Shown: positions 1-9,716 of the stretch, in pieces | Position numbering within the stretch: the first letter of the stretch is position 1 | How the letters are laid out: every line of letters starts with the position of its first letter | Notes under the pieces: model-generated | What the model saw: only the letters and a program-made list of their open reading frames with translations | The model's database searches: none | What the model was told of the DNA's origin: nothing | Program-made: the position numbers and the translations under genes | NCBI GenBank assembly: GCA_012840355.1 | Contig: DULN01000002.1 | Coordinates: 114,529-178,528 of the forward strand | From: Clostridiales bacterium | Lineage (GTDB): Bacteria > Bacillota > Clostridia > Oscillospirales > CAG-272 | Reading direction: 5' to 3' | DNA length: 64,000 bases

Positions 1-82
1 TGAAGCGTCCGCCCGGGTTATGACGGCTCTTGACGAGATGCTTGACATAATTATAAACAGGATGGGTATCGTCGGAAGGTAG
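1..82 (+). CDS. flgK: 3' end of flagellar hook-associated protein FlgK, truncated by the window edge
   Basis: Frame 2 reads EASARVMTALDEMLDIIINRMGIVGR-stop, a terminal helix typical of hook-junction proteins. It lies directly upstream of flgL. Confidence 0.5.
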   Translation, partial: EASARVMTALDEMLDIIINRMGIVGR

Positions 83-97
83 CCGGGGGTGATATAA

Positions 98-1078
98 TTG
101 CGGCTGACAAATAACATTATTTCAAAAAACTACCTGAAAAGCCTCAACAAAAGCCTTAATGAGTTGAGCCAGATGAATACTCTCATAGCGGCAAAACGCA
201 AATATATGAATTTTGCCGACGACCCTATAAATGCTATGAGAGCGATGAAGGTTCGACAGAACATAAATAAAATTGACGTTTATGTCGAAAACCTGCGCGA
301 GGCTGCAGACATTTTCAGCCAGTACGAGTCGGTAATCTCAAACGTCAACAATATCGTGTCCGATGCCCTCGTTCAGGTTTCCCAAGGCATGAACGGGACA
401 AGCGATGCGACCGCGAGGTATACAATCGCGCAGTCGCTGCGGGCTTTTCAGGACGCGATTTTGGCTGCTGTTAACACTCAGTTTGCGGGCAAATACATTT
501 TCAGCGGCGAAACTGTAGGCGTCCCTCCGTTTTCAATTAGCGAAGAAGAGGACACAAAAGGCATGCTGCTTTATAAAGGCATGCTCGTGGACAACATTTC
601 GGAGGTTACCGAAAAGCGCTACATAGACATCGGACTTGGCTTAAGCTTAGACGAATACAGCAATGTGATACCCAATACAGCCCGGGATATAGCTGTAACT
701 GGCCTTGAGCTGCTTGGCTGTGGCGTCGATGAAGACGGCTATACTAAAAACCTTTACAATATGCTCGGGATTATAGCGAAGAAGTTTGAGGAAAACGACA
801 TGTCCGGTATGGATGTCTATTATGAGAAGCTCCAGAAGATTGCGGACAATGTCAGGGTTCAGTATGTCGGCGTGGGCGAAAAGACGGAGTACATAAACTT
901 TTTCCTAGAGCGGCTTGATTCCGAGCAGTTCAACCTTAAAGTTAAACAGTCAAGGCTCGAAGGACTCGACCTTGCGGAAGCAATCACAACGTTTGGAGAG
1001 CTTGAGCTTGCGTACAACGCATGCTTGCAGATAGGAACGAAAATTCTTCAGCCATCGCTTCTTGACTTCCTTGACTAG
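98..1078 (+). CDS. flgL: flagellar hook-filament junction protein FlgL (HAP3)
   Basis: 326 aa with a TTG start. It has flagellin-like N-terminal (MRLTNNIISKNYLKSLN) and C-terminal (LELAYNACLQIGTKILQPSLLDFL) helices. Synteny is flgK-flgL-fliW-csrA-flagellin. Confidence 0.85.
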   Translation: MRLTNNIISKNYLKSLNKSLNELSQMNTLIAAKRKYMNFADDPINAMRAMKVRQNINKIDVYVENLREAADIFSQYESVISNVNNIVSDALVQVSQGMNGTSDATARYTIAQSLRAFQDAILAAVNTQFAGKYIFSGETVGVPPFSISEEEDTKGMLLYKGMLVDNISEVTEKRYIDIGLGLSLDEYSNVIPNTARDIAVTGLELLGCGVDEDGYTKNLYNMLGIIAKKFEENDMSGMDVYYEKLQKIADNVRVQYVGVGEKTEYINFFLERLDSEQFNLKVKQSRLEGLDLAEAITTFGELELAYNACLQIGTKILQPSLLDFLD

Positions 1079-1099
1079 CAAAATAAGTTCAAGAAACGG

Positions 1100-1627
1100 G
1101 TGCATATGTACATCTATCAAATATCGCTGAGATATGATATAACGCGAGCGCAGCTCTTAATGAGGACAATACCGCCCGAGATTAGGGTGCAGTCTATAAG
1201 AAACGGCGTTGAGATAAATTCTCACCCGCTCAAGATAAAAATCGACAACTCAGACTTTTTTAAGTCCATTGGCATACGGCCGGTATGGTCGGTCCTGCAA
1301 GACTCTGCCGTAAAAGGCAACAGGGCTGTGCTTGACTATATGGCAAAACAAGCCCATAAGAAAAACGCGCTGCTCGGCCCGAATGCCAAAACTGTCGCCG
1401 AGATAGCGAACACAAAGCCCGGCCTGATATGGAGCAAAATCGATTTTATCCCCAAAGAAGCCCCGCACATCAGCTGGGAAGACGGCTATGTCGATATAAA
1501 CTTCAAAAAAGACCAGAGAGTTGTCGACATAATACCCGGAAGGATCGAGTTTAGGTACATACCTTACCGGGTTGAGATTTACGCCGAAAAGTGGATAAAG
1601 GAATATCCGCCAGAGCAAGCCTCCTGA
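1100..1627 (+). CDS. conserved flagellar-locus protein of unknown function (YviE-like position between flgL and fliW)
   Basis: 175-aa ORF with no recognisable catalytic motif. It occupies the slot held by yviE in the B. subtilis flgL-yviE-fliW-csrA-hag order. The start is uncertain (GTG 1100, ATG 1106 or ATG 1160) and there is no strong SD. Confidence 0.55.
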   Translation: MHMYIYQISLRYDITRAQLLMRTIPPEIRVQSIRNGVEINSHPLKIKIDNSDFFKSIGIRPVWSVLQDSAVKGNRAVLDYMAKQAHKKNALLGPNAKTVAEIANTKPGLIWSKIDFIPKEAPHISWEDGYVDINFKKDQRVVDIIPGRIEFRYIPYRVEIYAEKWIKEYPPEQAS

Positions 1628-1648
1628 TGCGCGGCGGAGGGGATTTAT

Positions 1649-2083
1649 ATGATAATTGAGACAATGGATTTCGGCTTCGTGGAAATCCGCGAAGAAGACA
1701 TAATAAATTTCCCGCTTGGCGTCTACGCGTTTAGAGAGCATAAAAAATTCGTCGTGCTGCAAAATCCTGACAGCGCGTGGATGCTTCACCTTCAGTCGAT
1801 TGACGGGCCAAAACCGAGGTTCATACTGCTTGACCCGTACATGTTCGTCAGCGACTACAGCCCCATTTTGCCTTCCGAGGCCGACGAGATTTTCGGCACG
1901 CGCGACCCTAGCAAGCTGAGCATCTTTGTAATCGCTTTCATCCCCGGCAACATCCGCGATATGACCGTCAACTTTAAAAGCCCTATCATAATCGATTTTG
2001 ACAGGAAAATCGGCGCCCAGCTGATCCTCGAAAATCCCGGCTACGAGGTGCGGACAAGACTATTCGGCTCGGAGGATGAATGA
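1649..2083 (+). CDS. fliW: flagellar assembly factor FliW (CsrA antagonist)
   Basis: 144 aa, MIIETMDFGFVEIREEDIINFPLGVYAFREHKKFVVL... is a typical FliW N-terminus. There is a GGAGGGG SD. The stop overlaps the csrA reading frame. Confidence 0.9.
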   Translation: MIIETMDFGFVEIREEDIINFPLGVYAFREHKKFVVLQNPDSAWMLHLQSIDGPKPRFILLDPYMFVSDYSPILPSEADEIFGTRDPSKLSIFVIAFIPGNIRDMTVNFKSPIIIDFDRKIGAQLILENPGYEVRTRLFGSEDE

Positions 2084-2085
2084 AA

Positions 2086-2328
2086 ATGCTCGTTATAACG
2101 CGAAAATCCTCCGAAAGCATCCTTATAGGGAACGACATCCGCGTGACAGTACTCGAGATTAGTGAAGGAAAGGTTAAAATCGGGATTGAGGCGCCAAAGC
2201 ATGTCAACATCGTTAGGACTGAAGTGCTTGAGACAATAAACGCCAACATCGACGCGGTTTTAGCCGAAAGCCCGCGAGACCTGAACTTGCTAAAAAGCAG
2301 AATTATAAAGCGGAAAGAAAAAAACTAA
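2086..2328 (+). CDS. csrA: carbon storage/translational regulator CsrA
   Basis: MLVITRKSSESILIGNDIRVTVLEISEGKVKIGIEAPKHVNIVRTEV is the canonical CsrA core. ATG 2086 lies 9 nt after GGAGGA. The ORF-track start at 2080 is too close to the SD. Confidence 0.9.
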   Translation: MLVITRKSSESILIGNDIRVTVLEISEGKVKIGIEAPKHVNIVRTEVLETINANIDAVLAESPRDLNLLKSRIIKRKEKN

Positions 2329-2366
2329 AATGTCAGAAAATTCTGCATCATTTTTCTTTTTCCGCT

Positions 2367-2393
2367 TTATTTTTGTTTCGAGCATTCGATATA
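2367..2393 (+). promoter_or_regulatory. possible sigma28 (FliA/SigD)-type promoter for flagellin
   Basis: The -10-like TCGATATA (2386-2393) is identical to the element upstream of fliD at 10772-10779. The -35 region TTATTTTT (2367-2374) matches TAAAGTTT only partly. Confidence 0.35.
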
Positions 2394-2409
2394 TTTAGTG
2401 AAACAAAAA

Positions 2410-2449
2410 GGGGAATGGAATCCCCGTAAATTTCAGGGAGGAAGAAAAA
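2410..2449 (+). promoter_or_regulatory. flagellin 5' UTR with two CsrA-type GGA sites (hairpin-loop GGA plus SD-overlapping GGA)
   Basis: GGGGA(2410-2414)/TCCCC(2421-2425) form a stem presenting the loop AUGGAA. A second GGA lies inside the SD CAGGGAGGAAG (2434-2444), just upstream of ATG 2450. Confidence 0.6.
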
Positions 2450-3586
2450 ATGAGGATTAACCACAACATATCGGCGATGAATACTTATCGCCAGTACAAC
2501 ATCAACTCGACTTCTATAGCCAAGTCGATGGAGAAGCTGTCGAGCGGCTATAGGATCAACCGCGCGGCAGACGACGCTGCTGGCCTTTCGATTTCCGAGA
2601 AGATGCGCAGCCAGATCCGTGGCCTCAGGCAGGCTATCCGCAACGCCCAGGACGGCATCTCGTTCATCCAGACCGCTGAAGGCGCGCTGACCGAAGTATC
2701 TGATATGCTCACAAGGCTGAAAGAGCTTGCGGTGCAGGTTCAGAACGGCACATACAGCGAAGAGGACAAAGCCAACATCGGCGCTGAAATGAAGGCTCTC
2801 GGCAAGGCAATTAGCGATATTTACGTGAACACCAAGTTCAACGGCATTCAGGTATTTGGCAAGCAGGAAGTTGAGACTACAACTATTGAAGATGTAGTTA
2901 AAAATATGTTTGTTTACGACGGTGGTAATTATACATATTTAAGATATACTGAAGAAAATGGTTGGCAAGGTGGCACGTATAATTCTACTGCGCAGAAGAT
3001 CGAGTGGGAGGGCGTAAATAACCAAATTAAGTACCTTCCCGAAAATATGGAAGCTGACACAATATATAAGCTTGATGTGGATACAATAAAAGAAGTAACT
3101 GTTAATGAAACGGATGGATCAGAAACATTTGGTAATGATGTGACTTTCGATGATTTGACTTTAACTGCTTTGAAGACGTCTACTGCAGATGATAATGCAT
3201 CTATTATAAAATACGGTGAAGACGGAAAGCAGTTTGTCGAAATTAAAACTGCAACTACGAATGCTCTTAATAATCTAACAAAGAAAGCATCGATAGCGGT
3301 CAATAATCCCACACTCGTCACCGTCGACGACGTTGAGGCTGCGATTTCTGAGGTCAACACCACGCGCGCTGCTTATGGCGCTCTCCAGAACCAGCTTGAG
3401 CATGCGTCGAACAACATGGCGACGACGAGGGAGAACCTGCAGGCCGCAGAGTCCCGCATCCGCGACGTCGACATGGCCGAAGAGATGATGGAGTACACCA
3501 AGAACAACATCCTCTTGCAGGCTGCTCAGGCGATGCTCGCTCAGGCGAACGCCCAGCCGCAGGGCATCCTCCAGCTGCTCCAGTAA
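2450..3586 (+). CDS. fliC: flagellin
   Basis: 378 aa. The N-terminus is conserved (MRINHNISAMNTYRQYN...RINRAADDAAGLSISEKMRSQIRGL) and so is the C-terminus (AAYGALQNQLEH...MMEYTKNNILLQAAQAMLAQANAQPQGILQLLQ). The central part is variable and AT-rich. Confidence 0.95.
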   Translation: MRINHNISAMNTYRQYNINSTSIAKSMEKLSSGYRINRAADDAAGLSISEKMRSQIRGLRQAIRNAQDGISFIQTAEGALTEVSDMLTRLKELAVQVQNGTYSEEDKANIGAEMKALGKAISDIYVNTKFNGIQVFGKQEVETTTIEDVVKNMFVYDGGNYTYLRYTEENGWQGGTYNSTAQKIEWEGVNNQIKYLPENMEADTIYKLDVDTIKEVTVNETDGSETFGNDVTFDDLTLTALKTSTADDNASIIKYGEDGKQFVEIKTATTNALNNLTKKASIAVNNPTLVTVDDVEAAISEVNTTRAAYGALQNQLEHASNNMATTRENLQAAESRIRDVDMAEEMMEYTKNNILLQAAQAMLAQANAQPQGILQLLQ

Positions 3587-3616
3587 CCTCGCCACCGCAA
3601 AAAAGGCAGCTTAGTT

Positions 3617-3661
3617 CCGCGGGAGCGGTTGATATCGCAAAAGAAATCACCGCTCCCGCGG
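3617..3661 (+). terminator. perfect 13-bp hairpin downstream of flagellin (no U-run)
   Basis: CCGCGGGAGCGGT (3617-3629) pairs perfectly with ACCGCTCCCGCGG (3649-3661). What follows is TGTCCCG, not a T tract, so this may be a 3'-end stabiliser or an atypical terminator. Confidence 0.5.
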
Positions 3662-3777
3662 TGTCCCGTATACTTATGGGCACGGCAAATGCATACGGCA
3701 GCGTGGTTGTAGCCGGCACCTATGAAGAAGGGAAAACCGAAGTTTGCCGTAAGGTAAACTAACACAAAAACCAAAAA

Positions 3778-3800
3778 CCGGCCGCTCGGCCGGCTTTCTT
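3778..3800 (+). terminator. short GC hairpin plus T-rich tail
   Basis: CCGGCC (3778-3783) pairs with GGCCGG (3788-3793) and is followed by CTTTCTT. Confidence 0.5.
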
Positions 3801-3863
3801 GACTTTATGGGTAATAAAAGGATAAAACCATAATTTAATGACACTAGAGAGGAGCGTGACGAG

Positions 3864-4229
3864 TTGTACACGGTACTTGTAGTTGACGATGCCGCGTTCA
3901 TGAGGCTTGCGATAAAAAACGTGCTTGAGAAAAACGAGTTCAAAGTTGTCGCCGACGCGAAAAACGGCGTTGAAGCCATTCAAAAATATATTGAATTTAA
4001 GCCCGATATTGTTACAATGGATATAACTATGCCCGATATGTCAGGCATAGACGCGCTAAAAAAGATCAGGGAATATGACCCGAACGCCAAAATCGTGATG
4101 GTATCTGCCATGGGGCAGGAAAGGATGGTTAAGGAGGCAATCCTAAACGGGGCGAAAAATTTCATAGTTAAGCCCTATAAAGAGGAGCACATAGTACAAA
4201 CGCTCCGCAAAGTAGCGGCTGAAAACTAA
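3864..4229 (+). CDS. cheY: chemotaxis response regulator CheY
   Basis: 121-aa single REC domain (VLVVDDAAFMR...DIVTMDITMPDMSG...MVSA...KPY). TTG start 9 nt after GGAG. Confidence 0.9.
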   Translation: MYTVLVVDDAAFMRLAIKNVLEKNEFKVVADAKNGVEAIQKYIEFKPDIVTMDITMPDMSGIDALKKIREYDPNAKIVMVSAMGQERMVKEAILNGAKNFIVKPYKEEHIVQTLRKVAAEN

Positions 4230-4256
4230 ACCTATCGCAAAACCGAGGTCTGACTG

Positions 4257-6359
4257 ATGGCAGAGAGAAAAGACGATTCCCTTCTTGAGCTGTTTATATT
4301 CGAGACTCTTCAAAACGCCCAGCAACTTGAAAAAATAATCCTTGACACAGGGGCCGGCGACAGGTTTTCCGAAGTGGCGATTAATGAGATATTCAGAATA
4401 ATGCACACCGTCAAAGGCTCTGCGGCGATGATGTCGTACTCGCACATTTCGTCGCTTGCCCACAAAATTGAGGATTTATTTTTCTACATACGCGAAACCC
4501 CCGACGCCGAGTACGATATTGGCACAGTTTCTGATTTCGTTTTGTCGTTTATAGATTTTATTAACGAAGAGATAGAAGTTATAAAGAGTGACGGCGAGCA
4601 GGATGCCGAGCGGGCAGAGGAGCTTGGCAAGGATGTCGAAAAGTATTTAAGTATGCTGAAAAATGAAGGCCAGGCTGAAGGTGCGCAGGCGGTAAAAAGC
4701 GCGGAAGCGGCAAAGGGCGTACCCGCAGCTGCAGAATCGGCTGGATATAAGGTTACCCTCTTTTTCGAAGATGGCTGCGGTATGGAGAATATCCGCGCGT
4801 ATGCGGCTTTGCTCGAAATAGCCGAGTACGCAAAGATTGTATCCTTTATCCCCGCCGATATCGAAGAGAACGACAGGAGCGCCGAAGAAATAAGGAAAAA
4901 CGGTTTTACAGTTTACTTCGAGTCCGAGGCGTCTTATGATGAGCTTCAAACCCGCTTTGAAAACATACCGCTGGTGCACGAGGTAGTCCTCACCAAGGCT
5001 GAGAATGAGGGCGTGGCGCTCGACGATACGGCGATGCCGGCTGCCGAGCCTGATAACCGAGTCAAAACCGAGGCTAAAGACCAAGCAGAAGCGAACACAG
5101 AAATTGTTGCGATACCGCAAGCTGCTGAAAAAGCCGCATCTCAAAACGGCTCGCAAGATTCAAGAAAAACCGAAGCTCACCAGCCTACGCAAAGCATTAT
5201 TAGCGTGCACGTGTCAAAGCTCGACAAGCTGATGAACCTTGTCGGGGAGCTTGTCATTGCCGAGTCAATGGTGGTAGAAAACCCGGACCTCAAAGGGATG
5301 CAGCTGCCCTCGTTTCAGCGTGAGGCGGCGCAACTGCACAAGATAGTCGACGAAATACAAGAGCTTGTGATGTCGATGCGGCTAATGCCGCTCGCGACGG
5401 TATTCCAGCGTACAAACCGCATCGTGAGGGACATGAGCAGAAAGCTCGGCAAGCAGGTAAAGCTTAAAATCACAGGCGAGGAGACCGAGGTTGACAAAAA
5501 CATCATCGAGCATCTTTCGGACCCGATACTGCACCTTGTCCGCAACTGTGTCGACCACGGCATAGAAAGTCGCGAGGAGAGGATAGCCGCCGGCAAGCCT
5601 GAAGCCGGGACCATAAGCATTGAAGCGTACAGCGCGGGCAGCTATGTGTACATTATAGTCAGCGACGACGGGCGCGGGCTGGACAAGCAAAAAATCCTCG
5701 AAAAAGCGATGCGAAACGGCTTGCTTAAAAAATCGCCCGAGAGCATGACGGACAAAGAAATATATAACCTTATATTCCTCCCGGGCTTTTCGACAAGCGA
5801 GACCGTAACGGAGTTCAGCGGGCGGGGAGTCGGCATGGACGTCGTCATGCAGAGCATCGGCACGATTGGCGGTAATGTTTCAGTCGACAGCACGCCCGGG
5901 CAGGGCACTTCGATTATGATGAAGATCCCGCTCACCGTCGCAATTATCGACGGTATGAACGTAACAGTGGGCGACAGGCTGTTTACAATACCTATTTCAA
6001 ACATAAGGGAATCGTTTAAGCCGGACCTGAAAAATGTCTTTAGGGACCCTGACGGCCGTGAGATGGTAATGGTGCGCGGCGAGTGCTATGCCATAGTCAG
6101 GCTCCACGAGATATGGGGCATAGAAACAAGCGTGACGGAACTTTCGGATGGAATTTTGGTAATGGTCGAACAAGAAGAGCGGCGCCGCTGCATATTTGTC
6201 GACAGCCTCATCGGCCAGCAGCAGGTAGTTGTAAAAAGCATGCCGGAGCTTATAAAGCGCTCGAAGCTCGCCGAGGGCTTTGCGGGCTGCACATTGCTCG
6301 GCGACGGCAGCATAAGCCTTATATTCGACGTAAGCTGGCTGGTAAGTTTCGATATATAA
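4257..6359 (+). CDS. cheA: chemotaxis histidine kinase CheA
   Basis: 700 aa. It has an Hpt motif (MHTVKGSAAMM), a dimerisation/HATPase region (HLVRNCVDHGIE...DDGRGLD...GRGVGMDVV) and a C-terminal CheW-like domain. Confidence 0.95.
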   Translation: MAERKDDSLLELFIFETLQNAQQLEKIILDTGAGDRFSEVAINEIFRIMHTVKGSAAMMSYSHISSLAHKIEDLFFYIRETPDAEYDIGTVSDFVLSFIDFINEEIEVIKSDGEQDAERAEELGKDVEKYLSMLKNEGQAEGAQAVKSAEAAKGVPAAAESAGYKVTLFFEDGCGMENIRAYAALLEIAEYAKIVSFIPADIEENDRSAEEIRKNGFTVYFESEASYDELQTRFENIPLVHEVVLTKAENEGVALDDTAMPAAEPDNRVKTEAKDQAEANTEIVAIPQAAEKAASQNGSQDSRKTEAHQPTQSIISVHVSKLDKLMNLVGELVIAESMVVENPDLKGMQLPSFQREAAQLHKIVDEIQELVMSMRLMPLATVFQRTNRIVRDMSRKLGKQVKLKITGEETEVDKNIIEHLSDPILHLVRNCVDHGIESREERIAAGKPEAGTISIEAYSAGSYVYIIVSDDGRGLDKQKILEKAMRNGLLKKSPESMTDKEIYNLIFLPGFSTSETVTEFSGRGVGMDVVMQSIGTIGGNVSVDSTPGQGTSIMMKIPLTVAIIDGMNVTVGDRLFTIPISNIRESFKPDLKNVFRDPDGREMVMVRGECYAIVRLHEIWGIETSVTELSDGILVMVEQEERRRCIFVDSLIGQQQVVVKSMPELIKRSKLAEGFAGCTLLGDGSISLIFDVSWLVSFDI

Positions 6360-6382
6360 AAACATAAAGGTGATTTTCGGTA

Positions 6383-6847
6383 ATGGCAGAGCTTGTGAGC
6401 AAAATTATTGAGCAAGAGGAAGACACGCTTTCGGGCAGGTTCTTGATATTCAAAGTCGGGGACGACAGCTACGGGATTGAGCTTGGGTACGTGACTGAAA
6501 TAGTCAGCGTCCCCAAAATAACTAAAGTACCCGGTCTTCCGGAATATCTTGTGGGCATCATTAACCTGCGGGGAAGCATCATCCCTGTAATGGATATAAG
6601 GCTGCGCTTTAATATGCCCAAAATCGAGTATAACGACCGCACTTGCATAATTATTACGCAGATTGACGGCATGGATGTCGGCTTCGTCGTGGACGCCGTT
6701 TGCGAAGTCGCGAACATACCCGCCGAGAGTATCGTGCCACCGCCCGAGACAAGCAAAAACAAAAGCAATTTTATAAGGGGCATTATAAAATCCGGCGACA
6801 ACATTTACTTGCTTATCGATTATCAAAGCATCTTGAAAATTACCTAA
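6383..6847 (+). CDS. cheW: chemotaxis coupling protein CheW
   Basis: 154 aa. FLIFKVGDDSYGIELGYVTEIV...INLRGSIIPVMDIRLRF is a typical CheW fold signature. Confidence 0.9.
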   Translation: MAELVSKIIEQEEDTLSGRFLIFKVGDDSYGIELGYVTEIVSVPKITKVPGLPEYLVGIINLRGSIIPVMDIRLRFNMPKIEYNDRTCIIITQIDGMDVGFVVDAVCEVANIPAESIVPPPETSKNKSNFIRGIIKSGDNIYLLIDYQSILKIT

Positions 6848-6874
6848 AGCTATATATTTCCAGGGTTGGACTTT

Positions 6875-8851
6875 ATGGATGAAAAAAATAAGAAAAAAAG
6901 AAAAAAGTCTATAAGGCACGAATTTATATTAGCTTTTGGTACGGTATTCGTTGCCGTTTGTGTTTGCTATTCCATAGCGGCAGGGTTAATGTTTTCAACT
7001 GCGCTTAGGAAAAGCCTTCAGCTGTCTCTCCAAGAAGTCGCAAAAGGCGCTGCCGATACCGTATCGGGGTGGGTAGAGGCTAATTTCGATTATATCGACG
7101 CCCTGGCAAGCTGTTCGGAGTTTTTTGATACGGCAAAATATAAGGAAACAATACTTAAAAAAATAAATGAGACAGCAAATGAAAAAGGCTATTACGACAT
7201 GCTCGTTTCGGATATAAGCGGGCATGCCTACTCGTTGCGAAAAGAAAGCATCGATGTGTCGCAGTTTGAGTTTTTCAAATCGGCAATTGCCGGAAACCAC
7301 TATCTTTCCGACCCGCTATACCTTGATAGCGGCGAGATGGTAATAGTGCTTTCAGTGCCAATATACGACAACCATAATGAGCTTGAAGGCACGCTGACCG
7401 CCGCTGTGGACGTGTTGGCTTTCTCGGAGATTGTAAATAAAGTTTCATACGGCGACAGCGGGTATGCGTTTATAATCAACGGCGAAGGCACGGTTGTTGC
7501 TCATAAAGACATAGGACTTGTAATTAAAGGGGACAACATAATTAAGGCTGCCGAAAACGACCGCTCTCTTGAGAGCCTGGCAAGCTTACACAGGCAAATG
7601 ATAGGGCGTCGTGTCGGCAGCGGTTCCTATTTTTATAACGGTGAACAAAAATCGCTGAGTTTTGCGCCGATTGAAGGCACAAATTGGTCGATTGGCGTCA
7701 CGACGGTTGACACTTATTTGTACAAAGACCTCATAAAGCTGAATGTCGTAATGGCCATTTTGGCTATATGCGCAGTTGCGGCGGGGTTAGTTTTGGCGTG
7801 CATTATAGCAAACAATTACAAAAAGCGTGTCGATACGTTCCTTGGCCTGGCGAATAAGCTCGCAGAAGGCGATTTCTCCGTCACCGTTAAAGACGAGTTC
7901 CTTAACAAGAAAAATGAGTTTGGCGAGCTTGCGCATGCGGTAAAAGTGCTGCTTGAAAACACTAACGAGTTGCTTGCCGGCATCAACCAAGCCTCCGAGC
8001 AGGTCGCTGCCGGCGCGCGCCAGATATCGGCGTCAAGTGCGCAGCTTTCTCAAAGCGCGACCGAGCAGGCAAGCTCAATAGAAGAGCTTACCGCAGCGAT
8101 AGACGAGATTACCCAGCATACAAAAGTCAACGCGGAAAACGCCGATAAGGCGAGGGAGTCCGCATCAAGGGCACAAAGCTCGGCTGTCGACGGCAGCGAA
8201 ATGATGGCCCAGATGCTTGCCGCGATGGACGAGATTAGCCGGGCTTCAAACAGCATTTCGAAGATTATAAAGGTAATTGAAGATATCGCATTCCAGACAA
8301 ACCTGCTTGCGCTTAATGCTTCGGTAGAAGCTGCAAGGGCAGGGCAGTACGGCAGGGGCTTTGCAGTTGTCGCCGAAGAGGTTAGAAACCTCGCTGCTCG
8401 TGTCGCGCAAGCGGCAAAGGAGACGACGGAGCTTATCGAAAGCTCGATATCCAAAGTCGAGGACGGCTCAAGGATTGCCGACAGTACCGCAAAAAGGCTT
8501 AGCAGCATTGTTGACGAAATCACGAAAACATCGGAGCTTATCGCCAATATAGCAAAGGCTTCGGAAGAGCAGTCGGCTGCGATAGAGCAGATAAACAAGG
8601 GCATCTCCCTTGTTTCAAACGTGGTCCATGAAAACAGCGTTGCTGCCGAGGAAAACGCATCGGCGAGCGAGCAGCTTTCAAGGCAGGCGGAATTGCTTGA
8701 CAAGCTGGTAAGTAAGTTCAAGCTCAACAGGGCATATTTGACGGTGAACTTTTCAAGCTATGAAAACGGGAACCTCCCGGATACACGCTCTGAGTTTGAA
8801 AATGATAACTTGAGAATAATCCTTAACGATAATGAGTTCGGCAAATATTGA
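6875..8851 (+). CDS. methyl-accepting chemotaxis protein with an extracytoplasmic Cache-like sensor, HAMP and MA domains
   Basis: The signalling hairpin is highly conserved ([40 protein letters not shown]). Two TM segments flank a sensor of about 270 aa. ATG 6875 is preferred over TTG 6866 on SD spacing. Confidence 0.9.
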   Translation: MDEKNKKKRKKSIRHEFILAFGTVFVAVCVCYSIAAGLMFSTALRKSLQLSLQEVAKGAADTVSGWVEANFDYIDALASCSEFFDTAKYKETILKKINETANEKGYYDMLVSDISGHAYSLRKESIDVSQFEFFKSAIAGNHYLSDPLYLDSGEMVIVLSVPIYDNHNELEGTLTAAVDVLAFSEIVNKVSYGDSGYAFIINGEGTVVAHKDIGLVIKGDNIIKAAENDRSLESLASLHRQMIGRRVGSGSYFYNGEQKSLSFAPIEGTNWSIGVTTVDTYLYKDLIKLNVVMAILAICAVAAGLVLACIIANNYKKRVDTFLGLANKLAEGDFSVTVKDEFLNKKNEFGELAHAVKVLLENTNELLAGINQASEQVAAGARQISASSAQLSQSATEQASSIEELTAAIDEITQHTKVNAENADKARESASRAQSSAVDGSEMMAQMLAAMDEISRASNSISKIIKVIEDIAFQTNLLALNASVEAARAGQYGRGFAVVAEEVRNLAARVAQAAKETTELIESSISKVEDGSRIADSTAKRLSSIVDEITKTSELIANIAKASEEQSAAIEQINKGISLVSNVVHENSVAAEENASASEQLSRQAELLDKLVSKFKLNRAYLTVNFSSYENGNLPDTRSEFENDNLRIILNDNEFGKY

Positions 8852-9689
8852 ATCCCTAAAGCTCGGTACTGGACTGTCCGACCTAACCGACAGCGAGTTT
8901 TTAAAACTTGCTGAGTACATAAAAAACAATTACGGCATCTCGATTTCCGTCCAGAAAAAGCAGCTGGTTTCCGCAAGGCTCGCTAACGCGCTCGCCCAAA
9001 ATGGGTTTAAGAGTTATACGGATTTTATAGACAAGCTGCTTTCCGACAAAAGCGGCCAGCTGGCGGCGATGTTGGTGAACAAAATCACCACCAACCACAC
9101 TTATTTCATGCGCGAAAAAGAGCATTTTGTCTTTTTCCGCAAAGAGGTATTGCCGTATCTTGAAAAAAACGTGATTGACCGCGACCTGAGGATTTGGTGC
9201 GCCGCGTGCTCCACGGGCGAGGAATCGTATACTCTTGCTATTATCTTAAGCGAGTACTTTGGCAGCAAAATGCTCTTTTGGGATACCAGGGTACTCGCTA
9301 CCGATATCTCTGAGCAAGTGTTAAAAACTGCTGCTGCCGGCATTTACTCGGCGGACAAGCTTTCGGTGCTCCCGCCCGAGTGGGTGAGCAAATATTTTAT
9401 AAAAATCAGCCACGACAAGTATAGGGTAGTCGACAATATCAAAAACAACGTCATTTACAGAAAATTTAACCTTGTCGAACGAAATTATCCATTCAAGAAA
9501 AAGTTTCACGTCATTTTTTGCCGCAACGTAATGATATATTTCGACAACGAAACAAGGAAATGGCTTGTAAACAAGCTGTATGACAACCTTGAGCTCGGCG
9601 GGTATCTGTTTATAGGGCATTCCGAGTTCATATCAAAAGATGAATCGAAGTTTAAGTACATAATGCCAGCGGTCTACAGAAAAATCTAA
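8832..9689 (+). CDS. cheR: chemotaxis protein methyltransferase CheR
   Basis: 285 aa with a SAM-binding core ([18 protein letters not shown]...[11 protein letters not shown]). The start overlaps the mcp 3' end by 20 nt. Confidence 0.9.
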   Translation: MSSANIESLKLGTGLSDLTDSEFLKLAEYIKNNYGISISVQKKQLVSARLANALAQNGFKSYTDFIDKLLSDKSGQLAAMLVNKITTNHTYFMREKEHFVFFRKEVLPYLEKNVIDRDLRIWCAACSTGEESYTLAIILSEYFGSKMLFWDTRVLATDISEQVLKTAAAGIYSADKLSVLPPEWVSKYFIKISHDKYRVVDNIKNNVIYRKFNLVERNYPFKKKFHVIFCRNVMIYFDNETRKWLVNKLYDNLELGGYLFIGHSEFISKDESKFKYIMPAVYRKI

Positions 9690-9716
9690 TGTAAAACCTC
9701 AAGCGCGTGTTTACGC

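Noticed and set aside
3676-3762. 28-codon ORF (MGTANAYGSVVVAGTYEEGKTEVCRKVN) between flagellin and cheY
   Set aside because: It has no SD and sits between two terminator-like hairpins. There is no support beyond being an open frame.
6086-6919. 277-aa ORF antisense across the cheA end, cheW and the mcp start
   Set aside because: It spans two intergenic regions and three real genes on the other strand. It is a shadow frame.
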